Below are positions 1 to 8,841 of a stretch of 64,000 bases of DNA, in pieces (the first letter of the stretch is position 1; each line of letters begins with the position of its first letter). Below the pieces are notes generated by a model that saw only the letters and a program-made list of their open reading frames with translations, had not been told where the DNA came from and ran no database searches. The stretch comes from Candidatus Bathyarchaeota archaeon (GTDB taxonomy: Archaea; Thermoproteota; Bathyarchaeia; Bathyarchaeales; Bathycorpusculaceae): the NCBI GenBank assembly GCA_963775685.1, contig CAVZJV010000014.1:1536001-1600000 (forward strand), given 5' to 3'. Position numbers and translations under genes: made by a program.

Positions 1-406
1 TTGGTATGGTCATGTTGACAAGGTAAGTCGTTACCAGGTAGCTTGTACCAAGCCAGAAAACGATATTTTCAATGGTTTCAGCTTTACGTGTAACAGGCGA
101 ATGTAACCATACTCTTAGCATTAAAATCACGATTTCCAATATACCTAAGGCTAAACTAAACTGGAAAAAAGCACCATACAGGTTCAGATTCATGTAATCA
201 GCTGGGTTTGCGGGAGCAGGAAGAGAGATGCCGGTCGTTGGAACCGGGGCAAGCGTGAAGGACGAAAAAAAGTTTACCAAACCACCCCAAAGATCATCAG
301 CTATATGACTATAGTAAACTAAAGCTAAGATTATGAAGACAGAACCTACGTAGACTGCAGTAAGCAAGTTTTCTTTTTTCTTCTCTGGTAGTGTCTGAAG
401 GTCCAA
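1..406 (-). CDS. Membrane protein, 3'-truncated by window edge (not in ORF track); paralogue of 18317..18823
   Basis: Manual translation from TTG at 406: MDLQTLPEKKKENLLTAVYVGSVFIILALVYYSH...LPAPANPADY...LRVWLHSPVTRKAETIENIVFWLG; open to the window edge; several TM segments. Confidence 0.8.
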   Translation of the reverse strand, partial: MDLQTLPEKKKENLLTAVYVGSVFIILALVYYSHIADDLWGGLVNFFSSFTLAPVPTTGISLPAPANPADYMNLNLYGAFFQFSLALGILEIVILMLRVWLHSPVTRKAETIENIVFWLGTSYLVTTYLVNMTIP

Positions 407-533
407 AGCACGCTTCAAGAAAGTCTTCTCCAATCGAAAATGCGCTGTTTACAACATATATGTTTCTCTTTAAGTGAGTAAGTGCATCTTTTAAATACTC
501 AGAGCAGATAAATTATAGTTGGGATGTGAATTA

Positions 534-953
534 ATGTCGTATTGTCCAAAATGCGGCAATAAAGTTGACGAAACGATGGCTTTTTGCCCACGTTGCGGTG
601 CATCATTAAAAGTTGCTATGTCAGGTCAACCAACTCCACCGCCTGCTCAGCCATATAGGAGCAGAAATGAGAAATCAGAGAAAAACGAAAAGCGAGAAAA
701 GCAGGAGAAAAATCAGCGTCCCGAGAGAGCCGAAAAGCAAGAGAAGGGTGAAACAGGTTTTATCGGCTATCTAATCGGCGGTTTAGTCCTTATAACGTTT
801 GGTTTGTTCTCGGTGCTGCAAATAAGCGGTTATTTCACAGTTGATTCCGGCCAAAGTTGGGCGGTTATGCTACTGGTCATCGGCATAATCATCATTGTCG
901 GCGCCATTTACGTTGCAATGATCGCCCGGAGACGCTCTCCACAACCAACCTAA
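534..953 (+). CDS. Zinc-ribbon membrane protein
   Basis: N-terminal CPKCG...FCPRCG, an EK-rich linker and two C-terminal TM helices; ATG at 534 preferred over TTG at 519. Confidence 0.8.
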   Translation: MSYCPKCGNKVDETMAFCPRCGASLKVAMSGQPTPPPAQPYRSRNEKSEKNEKREKQEKNQRPERAEKQEKGETGFIGYLIGGLVLITFGLFSVLQISGYFTVDSGQSWAVMLLVIGIIIIVGAIYVAMIARRRSPQPT

Positions 954-2098
954 ACTATCCAGCCTAAAAACGCCCTGTAAAGTCTATGCTCCAGAATTGT
1001 TAGGGCTTTCTTTCTGCCAAACACACGATAATAGTTTTTTCCTGCCGACTCAACCAAATCTCCTATCTCATAACGCGGAAACATGCATGAGGAAATAATT
1101 AGGCTACCCCATTCGCCACGTTTGAGTTCATGCAGCATTTTAATGCCCTTGCCGATTTTTACTTCTAAAAAGTAGGAGTCATAGTTTGGGGTTATGTAGG
1201 GGAAATCGTCAAGTTGTTGTCCAAAGACACCTTCGGTAGCAGTATACATTTCCACGATTGGCACATCTCCGAAGTACCGCTTGAGGATAGGACCGTACTT
1301 GAAGTGGATTTTGGGCACACTAGTTAAGAATATGGCGCGGGTTTTCCATATATCAGCGGGTTTTTTCCCGTACTTGCGCTTAACGTACCTTGCGAAGGAT
1401 AAAATTACAGGGGTCACTCCCATCGCCGCAGTCACGTTTTGGTTTTCCGCCATCTGATAAGCAAGGTCGAAACGTTTCTCCCAATCCTTTCTGCTTACGC
1501 CGCTGCCTAAAGCATCGATTTCTTCTTGCCTTGGCAAGAGACTTACCCTATCAAACATTGGATTCAGACGCGCATAGGTGCCTGAACTGTACCCATAAAC
1601 GACTTGTTTGCCTTCGACATCCATAGTGTGAACGTTTGAGGGAAAATTCAAGTTGAGGATAACGCCCATAAATACTTCATAGGTTTTTTTTCTAACGGCA
1701 TAGTTTATGAGCCCTCTTGCGCCACAGCTGTAGATTTGTTTTAGGTGTGTTTGGGTTGCAGGCAAGACTTTTGATTTGCCCGTTGAGCCGCGGGTCATAA
1801 CCCAGGTTTCTGGCGGTTCAGACAAAAACGCCTTATAACTACGTTCTTTTACTTGAATCAGATATGGAGTGAGCCCTGAATAGCCAATTATGGGAAAATT
1901 AGACTGATAATCCGTGACACTTTTGACTTGGGAAGCACCATAGCGTTCCCCATATTCAGTAGTTGCATATTTTTGGACCAAATCAGCCAGCACATGCTCC
2001 TGCGCCTTCTGCGGATTCTCAATCGAGTCATACCATGGCTGAATGTATGGCCGAAGGATACGGTTAATGGCATCTTGATCCGGCAACATAGGGCTCAC
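950..2098 (-). CDS. GH3-family (acyl-adenylate-forming) protein, short form
   Basis: TRGSTGKSK P-loop-like motif, YTATEG and RYEIGDLV match GH3/ANL motifs I-III; N-terminal TEYG...V..Y..FP pattern typical of GH3. Confidence 0.8.
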   Translation of the reverse strand: MSPMLPDQDAINRILRPYIQPWYDSIENPQKAQEHVLADLVQKYATTEYGERYGASQVKSVTDYQSNFPIIGYSGLTPYLIQVKERSYKAFLSEPPETWVMTRGSTGKSKVLPATQTHLKQIYSCGARGLINYAVRKKTYEVFMGVILNLNFPSNVHTMDVEGKQVVYGYSSGTYARLNPMFDRVSLLPRQEEIDALGSGVSRKDWEKRFDLAYQMAENQNVTAAMGVTPVILSFARYVKRKYGKKPADIWKTRAIFLTSVPKIHFKYGPILKRYFGDVPIVEMYTATEGVFGQQLDDFPYITPNYDSYFLEVKIGKGIKMLHELKRGEWGSLIISSCMFPRYEIGDLVESAGKNYYRVFGRKKALTILEHRLYRAFLGWIV

Positions 2099-2153
2099 TA
2101 AATCAATGGTATGGTTTTGCTTATATGCTTCTCCACTAATAGACTAAAAATGG

Positions 2154-3080
2154 TTGAGCGTCATGACCGCACCAGTTAAAGATACGGCGGAAAGAATAAG
2201 AAAACTCCAAGTTCAAGGCGCAAGAAACGTCGCCATAGCCGCCGTCAAAGCAATCATAACCCAAGCAGAACAATCAAACGCAAAAACCAAAAACCAATTC
2301 CTCGCCGAACTCATAGAAGCCCAAACCATCTTCGCTACCGCCAGAGAAACCGAGCCACTGATGAGAAACGCCATCCGATGGCTAATCACTCAATCCCAAG
2401 CCATCATCGTGGAAAAAGTTGAGACATTAAACCAAATCGTAGTTGCAAACGCTAACCAATTTCTCAAAGATTTGGAAGATTCAAAAGAACACATAGCAGA
2501 AATTGGAGCTAAACGAATAAGCGACGCCGCCACAGTTTTTACTCATTGCCACTCCTCAACCGTCACTAGACTCCTCGCAAAAGCAAAGGCAGGCGGCAAA
2601 AACTTCAAGGTAATCTGCACTGAAACCCGTCCTGCATTTCAAGGAAGAATAACTGCCAAAGAACTTGTCGATTTAGGAATTGAAACTACGTTTATTGTGG
2701 ATTCTGCTACTCGAACTTTCATGAGAGAGGTTGATTTAGTAATCGTTGGAGCCGACGCCATCACCTCTGAAGGAAACGTGGTCAACAAGATCGGGTCAGG
2801 CGGAATCGCCGTTTTAGCCCATGAAGCCAGAGTGCCCTTCTACGTGGTTTCGGAACTACTCAAATTCGACCCTGAAACTCTTGCAGGCGGATATGAAAAA
2901 ATCGAACAACGTAGTTCAGCGGAAATCTGGGACGAAGCACCCTCAAAGCTCGCCGTGCGAAACCCCGCTTTTGACATCACCCCAAACCGATACATTAACG
3001 GTTTAATCTGCGAAGAAGGCATAATCGCCCCACAATCAGTAGTTGAGGTTACGCGACGAAATTACCCATGGATCTTCTAG
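2154..3080 (+). CDS. Ribose-1,5-bisphosphate isomerase (eIF-2B family)
   Basis: THCHS (catalytic Cys), ETRP, VGADAI, NKIG, NPAFD; adjacent to RuBisCO and AMP phosphorylase. Confidence 0.9.
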   Translation: MSVMTAPVKDTAERIRKLQVQGARNVAIAAVKAIITQAEQSNAKTKNQFLAELIEAQTIFATARETEPLMRNAIRWLITQSQAIIVEKVETLNQIVVANANQFLKDLEDSKEHIAEIGAKRISDAATVFTHCHSSTVTRLLAKAKAGGKNFKVICTETRPAFQGRITAKELVDLGIETTFIVDSATRTFMREVDLVIVGADAITSEGNVVNKIGSGGIAVLAHEARVPFYVVSELLKFDPETLAGGYEKIEQRSSAEIWDEAPSKLAVRNPAFDITPNRYINGLICEEGIIAPQSVVEVTRRNYPWIF

Positions 3081-3254
3081 TGTATTAATCATTTCTTAAA
3101 GCCAATAGAAAACCACCCAAAAAGAGGATATGCCCGGAATCGCCTTCTTTGACGTTTTAGCTGTTTTGCCTTTATTCAAGGGTAGAGCCAGCGCTACAAG
3201 AGAAATCGGTTTTACATATTTCTAAAGCAAGAGACCGGCCTCTTCGAGAGGGAG

Positions 3255-4478
3255 TCAGATTTTCCATTGGTTTAGTGCTGAGGCGAGTTCTGGGTGGTTT
3301 TTGGCGTACTCGTTGAGGTTTTTTCCATATAGAGTTGCATCGACGGCTTGGCGCATAGCTTTGGCGCCGCAGATTGTGCCGTCTGGGTGTCCATGGATGC
3401 CACCGCCTGCTTGAATAACAAAGTCATTGCCAAATGTCTCTATCAACGCAGGAACAAGACGTGGGTGCAGCCCGCCGCTGGCAACGGGCAAAACAGGTTT
3501 CAAATCGCCCAATTCGGATTTGCAGGCAACAATGTTCTCTAAGACCTCGGCTTTGGTTTCTGACATTTTGCCCACCACAGTGCCCACGTGGAGTTGGTCA
3601 ACGCCGATTATCCTTGCCACTGACACGATAGGTTTCATAGCTATACCATGGAGGTGACTCTTGGTAAAAGCCGCATGCCCAGCGCGATGTGCATGAAATA
3701 CGAGCTTGAAATTCTGGTCCCTTAACGTCTGCAAGGATGACCAGCCGCATGTCAAGATGTCAACCATCACATATTCGCCACCATGGTCAACCACAGTTTG
3801 GGCACGCTTAAGCATGAGGTTGGTTTCCGCGGTGATGTTTATCATGTAGACTTTGCATTCGCCTGTCTCCTCTTGCGCTTTATCGCGGCTCTCCAGTGTC
3901 TGCGTTAAACGTTCTTCGAAAGGGTTGAAGCTTTGATTACTCAGGTTTTCATCGTCCTTTACTATGTCGCAGCCTCCGAACCATGCCTCATATGCGACTT
4001 TAGCGTGATCTTTGGTTTCTAACCCCAGTTTCGGCTTGATTATTGTGCCGACGAGGGGTCGTTTTTGGATTTTTAGTAGGTTGCGAACTCCCGGTATGCC
4101 AAATGCTGGTCCTTTGAAGCTGGCGAGAAGATCTTTTGGAAAGTCTATGTCGAGGAGGCGAAGGTTTTTTAATGATTTAAGCCCAAAAACGTTTCCAGCT
4201 ACACTGCTCAGAATGTTTGGCATGTTTGCTGGCTCAAAGAGCTCATGAGGATATGCAATTTTTACGATACTACCTTCAATGCCATAAACGTGGGCTGCTA
4301 GCTGCTTAACATAGGGCCTCTCGGTCGTAAGTTCGGTCCAAGTGCCGACTGAGCTTTCCGCTGCCACACCACCTGCAGCCTCTTTAAGGCTTATACCTTC
4401 AGGCTCAATTTGGAAGGTGCAAATTAAGTCAGTCTCTATTGGCTTGTAGTTTAAATCAACAAAGTCAAGGTACTTCAA
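3255..4478 (-). CDS. rbcL: Form III RuBisCO large subunit
   Basis: AESSVGTW, IIKPKLG, DIVKDDE, HAHRAGH, QLHVGTVVGKM, ASGG and QAGGG; the full catalytic set is present. Confidence 0.95.
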   Translation of the reverse strand: MKYLDFVDLNYKPIETDLICTFQIEPEGISLKEAAGGVAAESSVGTWTELTTERPYVKQLAAHVYGIEGSIVKIAYPHELFEPANMPNILSSVAGNVFGLKSLKNLRLLDIDFPKDLLASFKGPAFGIPGVRNLLKIQKRPLVGTIIKPKLGLETKDHAKVAYEAWFGGCDIVKDDENLSNQSFNPFEERLTQTLESRDKAQEETGECKVYMINITAETNLMLKRAQTVVDHGGEYVMVDILTCGWSSLQTLRDQNFKLVFHAHRAGHAAFTKSHLHGIAMKPIVSVARIIGVDQLHVGTVVGKMSETKAEVLENIVACKSELGDLKPVLPVASGGLHPRLVPALIETFGNDFVIQAGGGIHGHPDGTICGAKAMRQAVDATLYGKNLNEYAKNHPELASALNQWKI

Positions 4479-4555
4479 AGCGCAATCCTCGCATCTATTG
4501 AGATCCTTGAATGCCTTAAAATCTTTAACTATTTCTTAGCATAATTGGTATTGAC

Positions 4556-6196
4556 GTGCCTCAGATGGAATTAAGCGTTGAAGTCCTAATGATTACCACG
4601 GGCGGCAGCAGAATCGCCCTCATTAGTGAACAAACAGCCAACATGCTAGGTGTGCATAGTTCGGACAGAATAAAAATCAGCTGCAAAAACCAAGAGATGA
4701 TAGCCATCGCCAACATAGCTGACTATTTTCCCCAAAACAGTATAGGACTCTACCGGGAAACCGTTGCTGCACTCGGAGTAAAGGAAGCTGAAACAGTCAA
4801 TGTGCAACTAGCGCCATTACCTGAATCACTCTTTAACATACGCGCCAAGCTTCATGGGGAACGGTTACGCGAAAAAGACATTGTTGCAATTGTGAAGGAT
4901 GTTGTTGAGCAACATTTGAGCACAGTTGAAATCGCCGCGTTCCTCACGGCGCTAAGCATCCATGGTTTAGGCACTGGAGAGACCGAAGCGTTGTCACGAG
5001 CGATGATTTCCACGGGAAAAACCATTGATTTCGGTAAAGGACCCATCTTAGACAAACACAGCGTCGGAGGAATCCCAGGCGACAAAACCAGTATGCTGGT
5101 CGTACCCATTGTGGCCGCGGCGGGATTTACGATTCCCAAAACCTCCTCACGCGCAATCACCTCTCCCGCGGGCACCGCAGACCGAGTAGAAACCCTCTGC
5201 CCAGTTAATCTATCCATCAAAGAAATAAAAGAAGTCGTCGCGAAAACCAATGGTTGCCTAGTTTGGGGAGGATCTTTGGAGCTTGCGCCTGCTGATGATC
5301 TCTTCATCCAAGTCGAATACCCATTGGGAATAGACCCCATGCTTTTGCCCTCAATCCTAAGCAAGAAGAAAGCCATTGGAGCAACACATGTCGTCATAGA
5401 CATCCCAACAGGTATGGGTGCCAAAATCAAAACACGAACAGAAGCCTACAGCCTGGCTTCGGACTTCGTAGATTTGGGGAAACGTTTAGGGCTAAACATC
5501 CAGTGTGCCTTAACTTTTGGCGAGCAACCACTGGGCTGCGGCATCGGACCCGCATTGGAAGCAAGGGAAGCATTATCAACTCTTATGGGTGGGGGGCCGC
5601 CTGACTTGCGCGAGAAAGCTATTGGCCTCGCAGGCATGCTCTTTGAAATGGTCGGAGTCAAAGATGGTCGAGTCTTGGCTGAAGAAATGGTTGATTCAGG
5701 CAAAGCGATGAAAAAGATGCGAGAAATAATCGGCGCACAAGGTGGAAATCCTTTGGTGACCCCTGAAGATTTGCCTGTGGGTCCAGAATCTACTGTGGTG
5801 CGCTCAGAGCGTCCTGGAAAAGTTCTCTGGCTAAGCACAGACGATATCGTGCGAATAGCGCGGGAGGCTGGAGCACCCAAAGAGAAGGGGGCTGGCGTTG
5901 TTTTACATGCAAAATTAGGAGGAGCGGTTCATAAAGGTGGCATACTCTTCGAAATCTACGGTGAGAGAGGCAGCAAGTTGGCATCGGCGCTCGAGCTTGC
6001 GGGAAAACTCTCCCCAATTGTGCTAAGCAAAAAACCAGAGGAAAAAATGATTCTAGACAAAATACCAGAGAAAACCACACATGAAAAAGCGTTCATGTCT
6101 AGACAGGTAAACACTTTGCTATTTTGTTATTGCTCCGCCAATTACGCCACCTATAGCTGCAAGCACTGTAACAGCGACAGCGAGAACAATGCCTAA
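4556..6196 (+). CDS. AMP phosphorylase (archaeal thymidine phosphorylase family); natural end probably 6110
   Basis: N-terminal extension, DKHSVGGIPGDK, KTSSRAITSPAGTAD, AREAGAPKEKGAG; the tail after residue ~514 looks frameshifted. Confidence 0.92.
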   Translation: MPQMELSVEVLMITTGGSRIALISEQTANMLGVHSSDRIKISCKNQEMIAIANIADYFPQNSIGLYRETVAALGVKEAETVNVQLAPLPESLFNIRAKLHGERLREKDIVAIVKDVVEQHLSTVEIAAFLTALSIHGLGTGETEALSRAMISTGKTIDFGKGPILDKHSVGGIPGDKTSMLVVPIVAAAGFTIPKTSSRAITSPAGTADRVETLCPVNLSIKEIKEVVAKTNGCLVWGGSLELAPADDLFIQVEYPLGIDPMLLPSILSKKKAIGATHVVIDIPTGMGAKIKTRTEAYSLASDFVDLGKRLGLNIQCALTFGEQPLGCGIGPALEAREALSTLMGGGPPDLREKAIGLAGMLFEMVGVKDGRVLAEEMVDSGKAMKKMREIIGAQGGNPLVTPEDLPVGPESTVVRSERPGKVLWLSTDDIVRIAREAGAPKEKGAGVVLHAKLGGAVHKGGILFEIYGERGSKLASALELAGKLSPIVLSKKPEEKMILDKIPEKTTHEKAFMSRQVNTLLFCYCSANYATYSCKHCNSDSENNA

Positions 6197-6475
6197 TACT
6201 AGGCCGACCAAGCCACCAAACAGGAAGCCCAGTAAACCATGATTAACAGTTTCCAGAACGATGAAGTGGAGAAAAGCCAGGATTCCTAAAACTATGGCGC
6301 TAAGTAGGCCAGCTATGAAACCCGCCATGGATCCGCCTATTAGGCCTCTTGTAATGAACCCCGCGACTATTCCGCCCAAGAAGGCACCTAAAAGGTGACC
6401 AACTCCTGGGAAGATTATGCTGAGAATGATAGTAACTCCGAAACCTGAGATTGTGCCTAAACCAACGCTGGCCAT
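6119..6475 (-). CDS. Small Gly-rich membrane protein (DUF5518-like)
   Basis: Hydrophobic GxxxG-rich helices; ATG at 6475 avoids overlap with the upstream gene. Confidence 0.7.
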   Translation of the reverse strand: MASVGLGTISGFGVTIILSIIFPGVGHLLGAFLGGIVAGFITRGLIGGSMAGFIAGLLSAIVLGILAFLHFIVLETVNHGLLGFLFGGLVGLVLGIVLAVAVTVLAAIGGVIGGAITK

Positions 6476-6522
6476 TCTTTCACCAATTATTCGCGAAAGT
6501 ACAAAAAAATAGATATTTGTTT

Positions 6523-7221
6523 TTAGCGTGCTCTTGAATTGCGCACTTTGGGTTCGAGTAGTGTCCAGAGCCACTCGGTGAATTCCTGCATGTTTTTGGT
6601 TTGAATGTAGACATCGCCAGGTCCAGTGATTTGGGTAACTAATCCTTCGCCGCTTAGCAGAGTTTCTTTTAAACCTCCGAACCTTGTCACTTTGTAGCTG
6701 CAGGATTCGCTGAAGCCGACCAGATGAAAGTTGTCAACGATTAGGGTTTGACCTGGTGTCAGGGTATGGGTGTCAATGGCGCCAAACGTGTTGATGAACA
6801 TTTGTCCGCTGCCTCTGGCTTTAAGCATAAATAAGCCTTGTCCAAACAAGCCTTTGGTGAAGCCTTCCCATTTCACATCCAGATCAATTCCCGATGTGGA
6901 TGCTACGTATGCAGATTTTTGTATGACATAGCCACTGCATGGGGCAACATCTAGTTGCTTTATGTCGCCCACGGGTGCTGCGACAAACGCCGCTTCTGCC
7001 GGTCCGCTTGTAGCAGTGTAGTCGTTAACCCAAAATGATTGCCCCCCTATGAGGCTTAAGCCTAAGGACCCGAGCAGGCTTTTTTCTCTTTTGCGCGTGT
7101 GCACTTCGATGGTTGGATCCATGTAAGTCATAGCGCCTGCTTCTGCAGTGATGGTTTCGCCTTGCTCAAGTGTAGCAACCAGCATGGCGTATGAGGGTCT
7201 ATACTTAATTTCAAACTTCAA
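6523..7221 (-). CDS. TIGR00266/AIM24 family protein
   Basis: AEAGAM, GLFGQGLFMLK, VDNFHLV and SGEGLV..ITGPG.VYIQT motifs. Confidence 0.9.
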   Translation of the reverse strand: MKFEIKYRPSYAMLVATLEQGETITAEAGAMTYMDPTIEVHTRKREKSLLGSLGLSLIGGQSFWVNDYTATSGPAEAAFVAAPVGDIKQLDVAPCSGYVIQKSAYVASTSGIDLDVKWEGFTKGLFGQGLFMLKARGSGQMFINTFGAIDTHTLTPGQTLIVDNFHLVGFSESCSYKVTRFGGLKETLLSGEGLVTQITGPGDVYIQTKNMQEFTEWLWTLLEPKVRNSRAR

Positions 7222-7315
7222 AGTTATTTTTCTCCTAACATGAGTTACTTATAAAAGACGGTTAAGCAGACCTTCTTAATAAAACTTAAAGTCCAACGAT
7301 TAATAGGAGCAACAA

Positions 7316-8002
7316 ATGCAAACTTCCGTTGAAGTAGTCTTAAAGAAAACGTTCAGTTTAGCCTTAATCTTCAATGCACTCAGCACGATTGCAGGGATTG
7401 CGGGAATCCTATATGGTTATTACCTCGCTTACCCCAATTGGAAACCTTTCGCGCCCTACCTTCTTGACGGAAACCTGTTTTGGCTCGCCATGGCGGCAGC
7501 AGTCATCAACATTTTTCCAAGTGCAAGTATAGGTCGCGCTCTACATACAGGACGATTCCTATTTCACCATTACGTTTACGGCTTCTTAGTCCTGCTGTCC
7601 TCTTCTTTATTTGTCGCATTTTTTACGTCTGTTTCTTTAATTAGCCTTTTCCTGATTACTACCAGCGATTTAGCGGTTAATTTGGGGCGATTTTTTATTT
7701 TAGCAGGGTTAACTTTGCTGCTAGATGATTTGCCTGATGTTTCAGAAAGAATTGAAACTTCCTTGAATTGGGTAAAGTCAAGAGCCTGCCAAGCAAGAAA
7801 AGTTCTGCACGCCCTTCAATTATTCACTGGATTAATTTCGCTTTATATTTTGGTCTCTATATCAATCTGGACAGCTCAAAACCCAACACGGTTTTTTTTC
7901 AATTCTTTTTTGATTGGTACCTTACTGGTAACTTCAATTACCTCTTTTGCCCTGGTGCAAAGGAAGGAATGGCTGAAAATTAAGCCGCCTGTTTGTGCTT
8001 AA
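7316..8002 (+). CDS. Hypothetical multi-pass membrane protein
   Basis: About 6 TM helices; GRFLFHHYVYG and LLDDLPD motifs. Confidence 0.75.
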   Translation: MQTSVEVVLKKTFSLALIFNALSTIAGIAGILYGYYLAYPNWKPFAPYLLDGNLFWLAMAAAVINIFPSASIGRALHTGRFLFHHYVYGFLVLLSSSLFVAFFTSVSLISLFLITTSDLAVNLGRFFILAGLTLLLDDLPDVSERIETSLNWVKSRACQARKVLHALQLFTGLISLYILVSISIWTAQNPTRFFFNSFLIGTLLVTSITSFALVQRKEWLKIKPPVCA

Positions 8003-8721
8003 TGCTTGTGTTTAAGGAGTTGTTGTACGATTGTTTCTAGTTGCTCCCGCGAAAAATGAGACGAGCGCCTGACCGAATTGACAAAATTGGGCAATTGAGA
8101 AAGCCTCAAGACGGCTACAGCAGAGTTTTTAATATGTAGGATAGCGTGGTTGTTTGTAAAAACTACAATGCCTTCAACCCAGATGCTCATCCCCCGTAGG
8201 TTGGGGGAATTATCTATTATATCCTGGATTTTTGCAGCGTTCCGCTTTACCTGTCGACTTGGGCTACCTGAAAAGTTGCCCTTGCCTGCTCTCTGCCATT
8301 CATCTCCGTTGCATGAGAAGTTGCCGCTCCAATTCTTTGTTTCCAAAACGAAAACTCCGTTGGGTCCCAAAACGATGTGGTCGATGTCTCCGCCACCGTC
8401 GCGCAAGTATAGGTCGTTTAGGAGGTAATAATCATCACTAAGAGTTTGGGATAGGAGCTTGGCTACTTGTTTTTCACCTTCCCAACCGCCTCTATAGATA
8501 TGGTATTTACGAAGGTAAAAGTAGAAAGCAGCTATTGGTGCAAGTAAAAAAACGAAAACTGCTTCCTCTAAGAAGCCAACTTGAAAGGTCGATAAGATTC
8601 TGTAGATCAAAAGGGCAAACACGGCCGCAAACACTAGCGCACTGAGGCAGGCTTTGGCTAGGTTTTTTCTGACCTGGTTTTTGAGGTAGTTGCTTGAACC
8701 CCTAATTTTTCGCATATGCAA
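7999..8721 (-). CDS. Membrane-anchored NERD (nuclease-related) domain protein
   Basis: Two TM helices followed by GWEGE..V, DIDHIVLGPNGVFVLETKNW and SP.RQ. Confidence 0.9.
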   Translation of the reverse strand: MHMRKIRGSSNYLKNQVRKNLAKACLSALVFAAVFALLIYRILSTFQVGFLEEAVFVFLLAPIAAFYFYLRKYHIYRGGWEGEKQVAKLLSQTLSDDYYLLNDLYLRDGGGDIDHIVLGPNGVFVLETKNWSGNFSCNGDEWQRAGKGNFSGSPSRQVKRNAAKIQDIIDNSPNLRGMSIWVEGIVVFTNNHAILHIKNSAVAVLRLSQLPNFVNSVRRSSHFSREQLETIVQQLLKHKH

Positions 8722-8841
8722 TCCTTAGTCTATAAACTATATTACCATATAGAAATTCAAAAATCAATTACTCTGAACAAAAACGGGAAAAAAGTTTATT
8801 GTTAAATGAGATGGATAGTTTTGGAGACTATGAGTTCGTGT

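Noticed and set aside
3255-4478. RuBisCO as evidence of autotrophy (Calvin cycle)
   Set aside because: Context is AMP salvage; no phosphoribulokinase in the window
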